Shown one piece after another: positions 47,616-56,901 of a stretch of DNA of 64,000 nt (position 1 is its first letter; each line of letters opens with the position of its first letter). Under the pieces are notes generated by a model. The model saw only the letters and a program-made list of their open reading frames with translations, was not told the origin of the DNA and did not search any database. Location: assembly GCA_021774795.1 (NCBI GenBank), contig JAJFIR010000040.1:10326-74325 (forward strand), given 5' to 3'. Made by a program: the position numbers and the translations under genes. The DNA is from Emcibacteraceae bacterium (GTDB taxonomy: Bacteria > Pseudomonadota > Alphaproteobacteria > Sphingomonadales > Emcibacteraceae).

Positions 47616-48821
47616 TTAATTTAAAACACCCAGATTTTTACCTATAGCGATAAATTTCTCCAGCATATAATCAATTTGTTCCAATGAGTGCGCGGCGGAC
47701 AAACTGCACCGCATCAAATTAAGGCCGTTTGGTGTTGCCGGTGGCACAGCCAGATTAACATAAACGCCTTCTTGCATCATTTGCTGCCAGTAAGCGATAG
47801 CGATATCTTGCTCATCAATAACTATCGCAGCGATGGGGCTTTCACCAGTAGTGCCCACATTAAAACCGGCGTCCGATAATCCTTTATTAAGTCTCATGGA
47901 ATTTTCAAGTAGCTTAACTCGTAAATTACTATTTTTAATAAGTTCGAGTGCCTTAGTTGCCGATGCAACAACGGATGGTGGCAATGATGCCGTAAACACA
48001 TAAGGCCTGCATACGAGCCTTAATACTTCAAACTTTGGGTGATTAGATACACAATAACCACCAACGGTACCTACACTTTTACTAAATGTACCAATTGTAA
48101 AATCAACAAGATGCTCGACACCTTGTTCTTGTGCAACGCCACGGCCGGTTTTTCCAAATACGCCTATTGAATGTGCTTCGTCAACGAGCACAAAGGCGTC
48201 GTGTTTTTTTGCCGCTTCGGCCAGCTGCTTAATTGGTGCTTGATCCCCAAGCATACTATAGACACCTTCGATTACGACTAATATTCCAGCGTCGGGATCT
48301 TTTCGTCTGATCCGGGCAAGGCGCTTTTCCAAATTTTCCGGATCATTATGTTCAAACCTGACGACAGTAGCGTTGCCCATAGCGCAGCCATCATAAATAC
48401 TGGCATGGCTATCCGCATCAATTATTACATAATCCTTTGGTCCGGCTACCGTTGCAATTATCCCAAGGTTTGCTTGATAACCTGTTGAAAAAACAATGGC
48501 ATGTTCGGTGTCATAGAAATCTTTTAGTGTTTCTTCCAATATTTTATGACCATTGTATGTTCCGTTTAACACACGGGATCCCGTTGTGCCGGTCCCAAAA
48601 CTATTTAATGCTTCCTCTGCTGCGTCCATACATTCTCTATTGTAAGTCATACCCATATAATTGTTGGTGCCGGCGAGAATGGTTTTGCGGCCATTGATGA
48701 TCGCTTCTGTTGGCGAAATTACTGCGTCCATACTAACTGTGAACGGGTTAAAATCGCCTTTAGGAAGTTGATTAAAACTTTCCAGCGTGCGGTCAAATTT
48801 TTCGAAGAGGTCTAATGTCAT
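47616..48821 (-). CDS. spt: Serine palmitoyltransferase-like PLP alpha-oxoamine synthase
   Basis: 401 aa with NNYMGM, SGYQANLG, DADSHASIYDG, VDEAHSIG and the PLP-Lys motif GTFSKSVGTVGGY. The Spt assignment (rather than BioF/Kbl) rests on gene context: the gene follows a dedicated ACP, an SDR and a FAAL. Confidence 0.75.
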   Translation of the reverse strand: MTLDLFEKFDRTLESFNQLPKGDFNPFTVSMDAVISPTEAIINGRKTILAGTNNYMGMTYNRECMDAAEEALNSFGTGTTGSRVLNGTYNGHKILEETLKDFYDTEHAIVFSTGYQANLGIIATVAGPKDYVIIDADSHASIYDGCAMGNATVVRFEHNDPENLEKRLARIRRKDPDAGILVVIEGVYSMLGDQAPIKQLAEAAKKHDAFVLVDEAHSIGVFGKTGRGVAQEQGVEHLVDFTIGTFSKSVGTVGGYCVSNHPKFEVLRLVCRPYVFTASLPPSVVASATKALELIKNSNLRVKLLENSMRLNKGLSDAGFNVGTTGESPIAAIVIDEQDIAIAYWQQMMQEGVYVNLAVPPATPNGLNLMRCSLSAAHSLEQIDYMLEKFIAIGKNLGVLN

Positions 48822-48851
48822 ATGAAAGTGTCTAATCCGATAAAATAAATA

Positions 48852-49100
48852 TTATTCATCTAAAATATTTTTAATTGCTTCAGCAACGTGACCAATTGTC
48901 TCAAGGTCAGGAAGGATATTAAGAGGCACCGTAACGTCGAAGTGATCTTCAATAGCCGCCAACATATCCATGACAGATAGTGAATCAAGTTCCAGATCAT
49001 GGGCAAATGTCGTCCCCGTTTCCAGAGTAAGTGATTTTTGATTGTAGGGAGCCATAAGCTCACAGACTTGATCAAAAATTTCAGATGTACTTAATGTCAT
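48852..49100 (-). CDS. Acyl carrier protein (dedicated, pathway-specific)
   Basis: 82 aa and acidic, with the phosphopantetheine site LELDSLSVMDML. Confidence 0.88.
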   Translation of the reverse strand: MTLSTSEIFDQVCELMAPYNQKSLTLETGTTFAHDLELDSLSVMDMLAAIEDHFDVTVPLNILPDLETIGHVAEAIKNILDE

Positions 49101-49170
49101 TTTTTTACCTTTAGGATTGGTCGGCTAACTTATAGAATATAGATGTCAAAATCTATTATAAAAATCATGA

Positions 49171-50106
49171 TCAAATATATTCGTTATTTTTATACCAGTC
49201 GAGCGTTTCTTTTAGACCAGTTTCTAATTCCGTTCTGGCGTGCCATTCAGTTATTTTAAATTCATTCTCCTGGCGACAAACCCAGTTGTTGTGGCATAAT
49301 TCATTTACTTTATTTGATGATACCATCGGTGCGAAACCAAATATGCGTCCCATTATGTCATTTATGTGTCCAAATAATTTTAATACTGTATAGGGAACTG
49401 TGATTGTGATCGGATTGACGTCCATAATATCCGCGGAAATATTATAAAATTCTTCGTGTGAGTACCCGTTTTTACGGCCATCATCTATTTCGAGTGTTCT
49501 GGAATAATATTGTTTGTTTTCAATAAGTAAAATGATGGCTTCAGCTAAGTCAGATATGTTTATCCAGGAAACCCTGTGATACTTATTCGCGGGGTAAAGG
49601 GCAAGCCGCCATTTCAATGCTTTGAAAATTTTTAGCGTTTCTGTGTCTTTTTTTCCGTAAATACCAGGTGGTCGCACGATGGTCCAGTTAATTTCAACAC
49701 TATTATTTCTTATATATTCTTCACCTTCATATTTGCTGGAAGCATAGTTGGAGATTTGCGGTTCTCTAGCGGCTAATGAAGAAATTTGAATGACATGGGG
49801 ATCAGAACTTCCTTCTTTTACTATATCAACCAACGTTGCAACAGCGGTTGAATTTGCTTGCGAAAATTCTTCAACACTTTTAGCCTTGACAAGACCAGCT
49901 ACATTGATGACCGCATCAACGTTTTGAGTTAATTCTTTGAGGGCTTCAATATTGTGTAAATCTCCCATAATCCAATTGACATTTTCAATTGGATTATGGC
50001 TACGCCTCGTTAATGCATTCACCATATATCCGCAGGATAAGAGTTTATTAAGCAAATGCCCGCCTACAAAACCTGTAGCGCCTGTAATCGCTATTCGTTT
50101 ATTCAT
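49171..50106 (-). CDS. NAD(P)-dependent epimerase/dehydratase-family SDR (ceramide reductase CerR-like by context)
   Basis: I prefer the start MNKRIAITGATGFVGGHL at 50106. It has a Rossmann GxxGxxG and a YxxxK-type region (YASSKYEGE). Confidence 0.75.
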   Translation of the reverse strand: MNKRIAITGATGFVGGHLLNKLLSCGYMVNALTRRSHNPIENVNWIMGDLHNIEALKELTQNVDAVINVAGLVKAKSVEEFSQANSTAVATLVDIVKEGSSDPHVIQISSLAAREPQISNYASSKYEGEEYIRNNSVEINWTIVRPPGIYGKKDTETLKIFKALKWRLALYPANKYHRVSWINISDLAEAIILLIENKQYYSRTLEIDDGRKNGYSHEEFYNISADIMDVNPITITVPYTVLKLFGHINDIMGRIFGFAPMVSSNKVNELCHNNWVCRQENEFKITEWHARTELETGLKETLDWYKNNEYI

Positions 50107-50191
50107 CAATTGTCCCAAAAAGAAAACGCTAATCACAAATTTGGTGTAAGATTAGCGTTACATAAACTATTTCGTCAATTAAGTTATTAAT

Positions 50192-51928
50192 TTAGGACAG
50201 CTGTCCTTCTATATACTGGCGACGCGCTTTTACGCGACTGAGCTTACCGGATGATGTGCGTGGTAGAGATCTCGGCGGTACCAAGACAACCGTAGGGGTA
50301 GTTCCAATAACCGCCTGAACTTCGCTTTTTATTCTATTTTCCAGCTCTATTCGTTCTTCTTCATTTCTTTTTCGACATTGAACCAGAATGGTTGGTATTT
50401 CTTCGTCATTCTTTCCTGGTGTTGAAATTGCCGCACTGTCGCCAGACCGCAGTTCAGGTAGTTTCTCGACGGCCCACTCGATATCGTGAGGCCAGTGATT
50501 TTTGCCGTTTATAATAATAAGATCTTTGATGCGTCCTATAATATATAAGGAACCCTTGGCCATGTAGCCAATATCACCAGTATCAAGCCAGCCATCGGCG
50601 GACAAACATTGCCGAGTGGCTTCTTCATCCATGTAATAACCTACCATCACGCTAGCACCTTTAACAAAAATGCGCCCAATTTCCCTCTCGCCGAGGACAA
50701 CGTCATTTTCATCACGAATTTCCAGCTGATATTCCGGAAGCGGTTTACCGCAATTTACAACTTCCCGGTAGTTTGCGCCGTTACCATTTTTTTTATATTC
50801 TTTAATGGATTTTACGTTGCCATTTAGGACTTCTTCGCTAACCAAATCCACTTCGTAACCGACAAATTTAGGGGCAAAACTAACGGCTAAAGTGCATTCG
50901 GCAAGTCCATAACTAGGCATAAAAGCTCTTTTGTCAAACCCACTATCTTTAAAAGTTTCAGCAAATATTTCTAACACATTTGGTCGAATCATATCGGCCC
51001 CTATTCCAGCTACACGCCAGCTGGATAAATCCAGTCCCTCGAGGTCAGTCGAATTTGCGCGTCGCGCACAAATCTCGTAACCAAATGTAGGACCAGAACA
51101 TATAGTGCCCTTATTCTTTGATATCAATTTTAGCCACTGGATAGGTCGTCTGGCAAAAGCCTCCGTCGCAATATAATCAGTAGAAGCTTGACAGGTGATT
51201 GGTGATATAAGCATGCCTACCAATCCCATATCATGATAAAATGGAAGCCAGGAAACAACCCGGTCACCATCATTAACATCCATTCCGTTAACACCAATTC
51301 CGTGACAGTTAGACATAAGTGATTTATGGGTAACTGCAACCCCATGTGGGAACCGCGTACTTCCAGATGAATATTGAAGGTAAGCCAGATCATCAGGTTT
51401 AACTTCGGGTAATTTAACGTTTTTAATCTCGGATTTGCTTGCCTGCGCTTCGAAAGTATCGGGTGAACCAACAAATCGCATGTTTAAGCCGCTTGTAGCT
51501 TCATCAAGAAGTGGCAGCATATAGGCAGCCGATAACGCTGCGCTTGCTTCACAGCTTTTCATTTGTTGATGCAGTTGTTCCGTATAACCGTCCCGTCCAC
51601 CGAAAGACGTTGGAAGAGGAAGCGGGACCGGCAACAATCCGGCATATTGACATCCCAGAAAATAGCAGACGAAATCTTCGTTTGTTTCAGCAATTAGTGC
51701 AACACGTGAATGGCGTTTTATGCCAAAATGAACGAGCCTTTGTCCAATTTCATAAGAGCGGTCACGGATTTGCGAATAAGTATTTTTACTTTCCAGTTCC
51801 CCACGTGGCGAATAAAAGTTAAGTCCCCTTATGCCTTTTGCCGCATAATTCAAGGCTTCCAACAGAGTAGTAAAGTCTGCATACCTTCTTGGAAGATCGG
51901 GATCTAATGTTGGTGTAGGTTTAAGCAT
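50192..51928 (-). CDS. Fatty acyl-AMP ligase / acyl-ACP synthetase
   Basis: 578 aa adenylate-forming enzyme with the FAAL-type A3 motif (AYLQYSSGSTRFPHGVAVTHKSL), an A5 region (FYHDMGL), an A7-A8 region (WLDTGDIGY...IIGRIKDLIIING) and A10 (SSGKLSR). Confidence 0.85.
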   Translation of the reverse strand: MLKPTPTLDPDLPRRYADFTTLLEALNYAAKGIRGLNFYSPRGELESKNTYSQIRDRSYEIGQRLVHFGIKRHSRVALIAETNEDFVCYFLGCQYAGLLPVPLPLPTSFGGRDGYTEQLHQQMKSCEASAALSAAYMLPLLDEATSGLNMRFVGSPDTFEAQASKSEIKNVKLPEVKPDDLAYLQYSSGSTRFPHGVAVTHKSLMSNCHGIGVNGMDVNDGDRVVSWLPFYHDMGLVGMLISPITCQASTDYIATEAFARRPIQWLKLISKNKGTICSGPTFGYEICARRANSTDLEGLDLSSWRVAGIGADMIRPNVLEIFAETFKDSGFDKRAFMPSYGLAECTLAVSFAPKFVGYEVDLVSEEVLNGNVKSIKEYKKNGNGANYREVVNCGKPLPEYQLEIRDENDVVLGEREIGRIFVKGASVMVGYYMDEEATRQCLSADGWLDTGDIGYMAKGSLYIIGRIKDLIIINGKNHWPHDIEWAVEKLPELRSGDSAAISTPGKNDEEIPTILVQCRKRNEEERIELENRIKSEVQAVIGTTPTVVLVPPRSLPRTSSGKLSRVKARRQYIEGQLS

Positions 51929-52153
51929 ATATGAATTTTGTCAACCAGCTATGTTTTCTTTAGTTTTATAGAGTTATACATCAATATTAACTTGTTTGTC
52001 ACATTTAGGTAATAAACATTTCACCTTCGATACAGGGTGCCACTTATTATCGCAAGTAATTTTTATATATTTTACTCGCGTGGTATTTTACAGTGCAAAT
52101 AGAAATTTGCCAACAATTAAAAGACTTATTGTCCGCCGACCAATTATGTGAGT

Positions 52154-53044
52154 TTAATTTTTTTTCTGCGTTTGTGAAATATAAATGCCGATCGCGATGA
52201 AGAATATTGAAAGAAATGTAGCTTGTTTCAAAGCTTCATCAAGCCATATATATCCGGCAATAACCCCAACAATGGGTATAATATAGGTATTGTAAGATAC
52301 AAAAGTTGATCCTGCAATTTGAGTAAAAATTACCAAAACCATTGTGGTAATGCCTGTGGGTAAGATACCCAAATACAGTATTGAAAGTATTTCAACACGT
52401 CCCAGACTAACCGTCCAGGGCTGCTCAAATATAAATGTTAATGGCCAAATAATTAGTGCCGATGTAGTCAACATCACAAATGATGTGTTTATAGGATCGG
52501 TTTTTACATATCTTTTGATTAAAACATTTGAGAGCGCATAACCAAATGCCGAAATTAACATTGCGATCAGGGCATAAATTCCCCAATTGCCTATATTATC
52601 AACCTGAAGAGTATCATAGAAAAGAACTAATATACCACATATCCCACTTATAATACCTAATAGTCCGGTCCAGGACATTTTTTCATCATGTGTTGCGAAA
52701 TGTGCCATTACAAAGACAGAAAGAGGGATAATCGACATGCAAATCGCCGCAGTTCCACTGTTTATAAATTGTACTGCCCAGCTGATAAATACGAACGGAA
52801 TACCGACGCCGCTTAAACCAATTATAGTGCCTTTAATCCAGATTGACGCATGAGAGGGCAGTTTTTCACGTTTAAATAAGACGTAGGCTGCAATGATAAT
52901 AGCGCCGATCGTAATTCTGGAGGCAGCGATTGTCATCGGGGGTACAGAAGTTGATAATATTTTTAAAAATAGAAAAGAACATCCCCATACAACCGATAAA
53001 AACAACAAACATAAATAATGTGATATGGGTCTATTCTCGGGCAT
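52154..53044 (-). CDS. EamA/DMT-family transporter
   Basis: 296 aa with 10 hydrophobic helices arranged as a tandem EamA duplication. Confidence 0.85.
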   Translation of the reverse strand: MPENRPISHYLCLLFLSVVWGCSFLFLKILSTSVPPMTIAASRITIGAIIIAAYVLFKREKLPSHASIWIKGTIIGLSGVGIPFVFISWAVQFINSGTAAICMSIIPLSVFVMAHFATHDEKMSWTGLLGIISGICGILVLFYDTLQVDNIGNWGIYALIAMLISAFGYALSNVLIKRYVKTDPINTSFVMLTTSALIIWPLTFIFEQPWTVSLGRVEILSILYLGILPTGITTMVLVIFTQIAGSTFVSYNTYIIPIVGVIAGYIWLDEALKQATFLSIFFIAIGIYISQTQKKN

Positions 53045-53066
53045 GGGAAACGGTTAATCTCTATTC

Positions 53067-53642
53067 ATGAAAGCCAAAATTAAATATAAAAAGAAAGTAA
53101 AAATATCTCATCGGTATCTGCTTGGTGCAGCCTATCGCTACCTAGAAAGATATGCAACTACAGAGGCAAATTTAAAATTTATATTAAGCCGGAAGGTAGA
53201 CAGAATTATCGTCGATCAAGAGAATAGCGAGGTGCTGAAGGAAAATTCGAAAAAGTGGATTTCGGAGATTATTGACAGTTGCGTAAAACAAAAGCTCATC
53301 GATGACACGCTATATGCGCAGAACCGGATGAAATCATTCTTGAATTCCGGTAACTCCGTATCAAAGGCTAAAAATAAATTGAGGGCGAAAGGGGTTCCCC
53401 TTGAAATTATAGAGGAAGTGGTCACAAGTATTTATAAAAAAAGACCTGATGCGAATATTGTGAGTGCAATAAAATATGTAAAAAGAAGGCGATTTGGTCC
53501 ATTTCGAATCCGCGAACGAAAGGAAAATGCCAAACAAAAAGAGTTTGCGGCTATGGCCCGGGCAGGCTACTCATATTCAGAATCTGCGAAAGTGCTGAAA
53601 GCATCGCTCGAAGAATTGGAAAATATTCTTTATGAAAAATAA
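53067..53642 (+). CDS. recX: RecX-family regulatory protein
   Basis: 191 aa helical-repeat protein. AAYRYLERYATTEANLKFIL and DDTLYAQNRMKSFL are RecX-like. Confidence 0.6.
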   Translation: MKAKIKYKKKVKISHRYLLGAAYRYLERYATTEANLKFILSRKVDRIIVDQENSEVLKENSKKWISEIIDSCVKQKLIDDTLYAQNRMKSFLNSGNSVSKAKNKLRAKGVPLEIIEEVVTSIYKKRPDANIVSAIKYVKRRRFGPFRIRERKENAKQKEFAAMARAGYSYSESAKVLKASLEELENILYEK

Positions 53643-53844
53643 TAATACCGCGTTCATTCGACTGTCGAGCATATTATGCCATGAGCATCCTGTGTTTTAT
53701 TAGATTATTTCTTACAATTATCACCATTCATCGCAAATGATAGTTTTTCATCATAGTTCGAAATTAATGCGTCAGGTTTTCAAATCTGCTGCGTACTATG
53801 AGTACATGACTTGTGGGAATGGGATTTTATTAGGAGATTTAAAG

Positions 53845-54351
53845 ATGAATAAAACAATTTACGTAATAACAGGTGTAATAGCCTTAGCATTAAGTTCTAC
53901 AGCGTTCGCACAACAAGGCGGACAACGCGGTAGAATGTCATCCATGGATACCGATGGTAACGGTACCGTTGAAAAATCAGAATTTGCCGCCATGATAGAT
54001 AAGAGGTTCGCTGAAACGGACAAGAATAATGACGGAATTTCTATGGATGAATATCAGGCGCGCATTGACGCGGACCGTGCAGCCAGAGAAGCAAGACGAT
54101 CTGAGCGGCGTGCTGAAAGAGAAACACAACGTGCTGAAAATGCTGATGAACGTGCTGCAAAAAGGGCGGAGCGTACAAAAGCTCGTTTTGACGGAATGGA
54201 TGCCGATAATAACGGAATGATATCAGCGGAAGAATACAAAGCCTCCGGTGAACGAATGTTTGACCGCATGGACCGAAACAATGATGGTATTTTAAATGAT
54301 CGTCGTGGTCGCGGCAATAGAGACGGCAATGGTCGCGGTCCGAGAACTTAA
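53845..54351 (+). CDS. Exported EF-hand calcium-binding protein
   Basis: I prefer the start MNKTIYVITGVIALALSSTAFA-QQ at 53845, preceded by taggag. It has four EF-loops: DTDGNGTVEKSEF, DKNNDGISMDEY, DADNNGMISAEEY and DRNNDGIL. Confidence 0.8.
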   Translation: MNKTIYVITGVIALALSSTAFAQQGGQRGRMSSMDTDGNGTVEKSEFAAMIDKRFAETDKNNDGISMDEYQARIDADRAAREARRSERRAERETQRAENADERAAKRAERTKARFDGMDADNNGMISAEEYKASGERMFDRMDRNNDGILNDRRGRGNRDGNGRGPRT

Positions 54352-54417
54352 GGATTTAAAGAATGTCCCGTGCGCTTAAGGATTAACCCCATAAATTCTT
54401 TAGCGTATGACTTGAAA

Positions 54418-54444
54418 GGCGGGATTTATTCCCGCCTTTTTTTT
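54418..54444 (+). terminator. Rho-independent terminator after the EF-hand gene
   Basis: GGCGGGA-tttat-TCCCGCC is followed by TTTTTTTT. Confidence 0.85.
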
Positions 54445-54536
54445 AACGAAATTATTTATTATTCCATTAAGTCTTGCAGTGTCAAATATAGAAGCCTATT
54501 TTGCACATTAAAATAAAGCAATTTTGGAGCGATAAA

Positions 54537-55418
54537 ATGTTTAGTGGATCAATCCCTGCCTTGATCACCCCATTTGAAAACAGACAGTTTGACGAAAAAA
54601 CGTTTCGAAAATTTGTCAATTGGCAAATAGAACAGGGTTCAACCGGCGTGGTACCGTGTGGTACCACGGGCGAAAGCCCGACACTTACTCATGAAGAACA
54701 CCGCACGGTCACAGAAGTGTGTATTGATGAAGTATCGGGCCGGGTTCCCGTTTTGGCAGGATGTGGTTCAAACTCGACACGCGAAGCCATTAGTCTTGCC
54801 ACGCATGCCGAAGAAGCCGGTGCCGATGGTGCGTTGGTTGTAACGCCATATTATAACAAGCCCTCACAGGAAGGCATGTTTCAGCATTTTAAAGCCATTA
54901 ATGATGCCACAGGCATTCCAATTATTATTTATAATATACCTGGAAGAAGCATAGTCGATATGTCGGTTGAAACCATGGCAAGATGCTATAGTGAACTCAA
55001 TAATGTTGTGGGGGTAAAGGATGCTACTGGTAATCTGGCTCGGGTACCGTTGCAACGCATGGCTTGCGGCGGGGACTTTATTCAACTGTCTGGCGAAGAT
55101 CAAACAGCACTGGGTTTTAATGCTCACGGTGGTGTTGGGTGTATTTCTGTTTCTGCCAATGTCGCACCGAAGCTTATTTCGGATTTTCAAAAAGCGTCAC
55201 TTAGTGGAGATTTGAAAAATGCTCTGGAAATTCAGGATAAACTTACAGCACTTCATGACGTGATGTTTATCGAGCCGAGCCCCGGACCAGTTAAATATGC
55301 GGCGGAGCTTTTGGGGCTTTGTAAATCAGGCATGCGCCTTCCTTTAACACCGATAAGTGAAGAAACAAAAAGCAAAGTCAAAGCTGCGATGATCACGGCA
55401 GGGTTGATAAGCAATTAA
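54537..55418 (+). CDS. dapA: 4-hydroxy-tetrahydrodipicolinate synthase
   Basis: I prefer the start [13 protein letters not shown] at 54537. Motifs are [30 protein letters not shown] and VGVKDATGN. Confidence 0.95.
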   Translation: MFSGSIPALITPFENRQFDEKTFRKFVNWQIEQGSTGVVPCGTTGESPTLTHEEHRTVTEVCIDEVSGRVPVLAGCGSNSTREAISLATHAEEAGADGALVVTPYYNKPSQEGMFQHFKAINDATGIPIIIYNIPGRSIVDMSVETMARCYSELNNVVGVKDATGNLARVPLQRMACGGDFIQLSGEDQTALGFNAHGGVGCISVSANVAPKLISDFQKASLSGDLKNALEIQDKLTALHDVMFIEPSPGPVKYAAELLGLCKSGMRLPLTPISEETKSKVKAAMITAGLISN

Positions 55419-55419
55419 A

Positions 55420-55896
55420 ATGGCCGACGACAAGAAAAACAGTGCCTATAAAGTGATCGCCTTGAACCGTAAGGCGCGCTATAACTATCAAATAGAGGAA
55501 GAGTTCGAAGCAGGAATTGTGCTGCTTGGCTCCGAAGTTAAATCTATGCGCTCAGGTGAAACCAACATCACCGATAGTTATGCCGAAGTAAAAGACGGCG
55601 AGGTATTTTTGATAAATACCTACATTAAAGAGTATGCGCAATCAAACCGTTTTAACCATGAATCACGCCGCGTTCGCAAACTTCTTTTACATCGCAAGCA
55701 AATCAACAAACTTATGGCTGCTATTCAACGAAAAGGCATGACCCTGGTCACTCTCAAATTATTTTTTAACGATCAGAACCGCGCCAAGGTAATGCTTGGT
55801 CTGGCGCGCGGTAAAAAACTACATGATAAAAGGGCGTCCGATAAAGAAAAAGACTGGAACCGTCAGAAAGCTCGCCTTCTTAAAAGTAATGAATAA
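55420..55896 (+). CDS. smpB: SsrA-binding protein
   Basis: 158 aa with [27 protein letters not shown] and the typical basic C-terminal tail. Confidence 0.96.
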   Translation: MADDKKNSAYKVIALNRKARYNYQIEEEFEAGIVLLGSEVKSMRSGETNITDSYAEVKDGEVFLINTYIKEYAQSNRFNHESRRVRKLLLHRKQINKLMAAIQRKGMTLVTLKLFFNDQNRAKVMLGLARGKKLHDKRASDKEKDWNRQKARLLKSNE

Positions 55897-56010
55897 GGCC
55901 ATTGGGCTGAGTTAGTATTCTGGTCGATTATCTAAGAAAAAAATGGTAGTTATGTTGCCACCATTTTGAGATATCTATTAGGCAGCATGCCAAATAATAA
56001 CTAAAAGGTC

Positions 56011-56042
56011 AAAAAAATACCCGCGTTAAAGCAGGTATTTTA
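56011..56042. terminator. Candidate bidirectional terminator between smpB and the convergent gene
   Basis: An A-run precedes ATACCCGC-gttaaa-GCAGGTAT (one C/A mismatch), and a T-run follows. Confidence 0.45.
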
Positions 56043-56063
56043 TAACTTAATTGGCGGTTCTAT

Positions 56064-56792
56064 TTAAAAATTGGGTACCGCAACGGGATCACCGAATTTC
56101 CAGCTACCATCCTGTTGCAAACATGCTTGGCCATAAGCCGGCACGGTCTCGCCGCCTATTTCTATGGTTGTTGTATATTCGCGGCTTTGCAAACAATTGC
56201 TATTTTGAGCCTGTTGTTGTTGCTGATAGACCGGGGCCGCTGGCGCCTGTGTATATACAGGGACTTGTTGCACAATTGTTTGAGGCGCACTTTCTACGTA
56301 CACAACCCGTGTTCTTGGGCGTGGGTTATAACGGTAAGGTGGTGCATAACCATACCCGCGTGATCTATATCCGTAATTTCTCGGGCCTCTGTAGCCATAG
56401 TTACCGTAGCCATAATTGCTATATGTTATGCTTGTTGAAACATGACCGCCGCCATTATATCTGCGATTGTTATAATAGCGGTCATTTCTATAGCCTCTAT
56501 TATAGCCTCTATTGCTGTTCATCGCTGAATAGAGTATCGCACCGCCAACAAGGCCGAGGGCTACTGCACCGCCAGTGCCGATGCCTCCTCTACTTCTGCC
56601 TCTGCCGCGATTATTAAACTGTCGTCCGCCGCCCCGGTTATTAATGACGACACTGTTATTGTTACCGATAACGCGGCTGCGAACCTGACCTGCTGCTTCA
56701 GCAGATTGTATGATCGGAGCAGAAATAAGACTAACACTCATCAATCCAGTAACGATTACTGACTTTTTCAGGAAAATTTTTAAAATACTCAT
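56064..56792 (-). CDS. Exported R/G/Y/N-rich low-complexity protein with a glycine-zipper segment and a Cys-bounded C-terminal domain
   Basis: 242 aa with these parts in order. Signal peptide (SVSLISAPIIQSAEA-AG). RGG tract (NNRGGGRQFNNRGRGRSRGG). Glycine zipper (GIGTGGAVALGLVGGAILY). RY/YG tract (NRGYNRGYRNDRYYNNRRY...YGYGNYGYRGPRNYGYRSRGYGY). Q-run. C-terminal domain CLQSREYTTTIEIGGETVPAYGQACLQQDGSWKF, which resembles small alphaproteobacterial surface-antigen domains. Confidence 0.7.
   Translation of the reverse strand: MSILKIFLKKSVIVTGLMSVSLISAPIIQSAEAAGQVRSRVIGNNNSVVINNRGGGRQFNNRGRGRSRGGIGTGGAVALGLVGGAILYSAMNSNRGYNRGYRNDRYYNNRRYNGGGHVSTSITYSNYGYGNYGYRGPRNYGYRSRGYGYAPPYRYNPRPRTRVVYVESAPQTIVQQVPVYTQAPAAPVYQQQQQAQNSNCLQSREYTTTIEIGGETVPAYGQACLQQDGSWKFGDPVAVPNF
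56489..56512. repeat. Perfect 12-bp tandem duplication inside the low-complexity gene
   Basis: TATAGCCTCTAT occurs twice (56489-56500 and 56501-56512) and encodes NRGY-NRGY on the minus strand. Confidence 0.85.
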
Positions 56793-56901
56793 ATTCTTAT
56801 TCCTTCCTTAGTAAATAGAACCCGATCACCTGTATATTATTGTATATATTTAACCTGAATACAATCTGAATAAACGCGTCAGTAAGCAGCAATAATCGTG
56901 G

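Noticed and set aside
55897-56063. Looked for tmRNA (ssrA) next to smpB, and for a tag-like reading frame in 26339-26603.
   Set aside because: There is no tRNA-Ala-like acceptor/T-arm (GGTTCGA...CCACCA) and no ANDN...AA tag frame. The smpB-downstream region only holds terminator-like hairpins.
56051-56617. 188-aa plus-strand ORF opposite the R/G/Y-rich gene.
   Set aside because: It is a mirror product of the repetitive GC-skewed codons. It has no signal, domain or start context. The minus-strand product has a signal peptide, a glycine zipper and a recognisable C-terminal domain.
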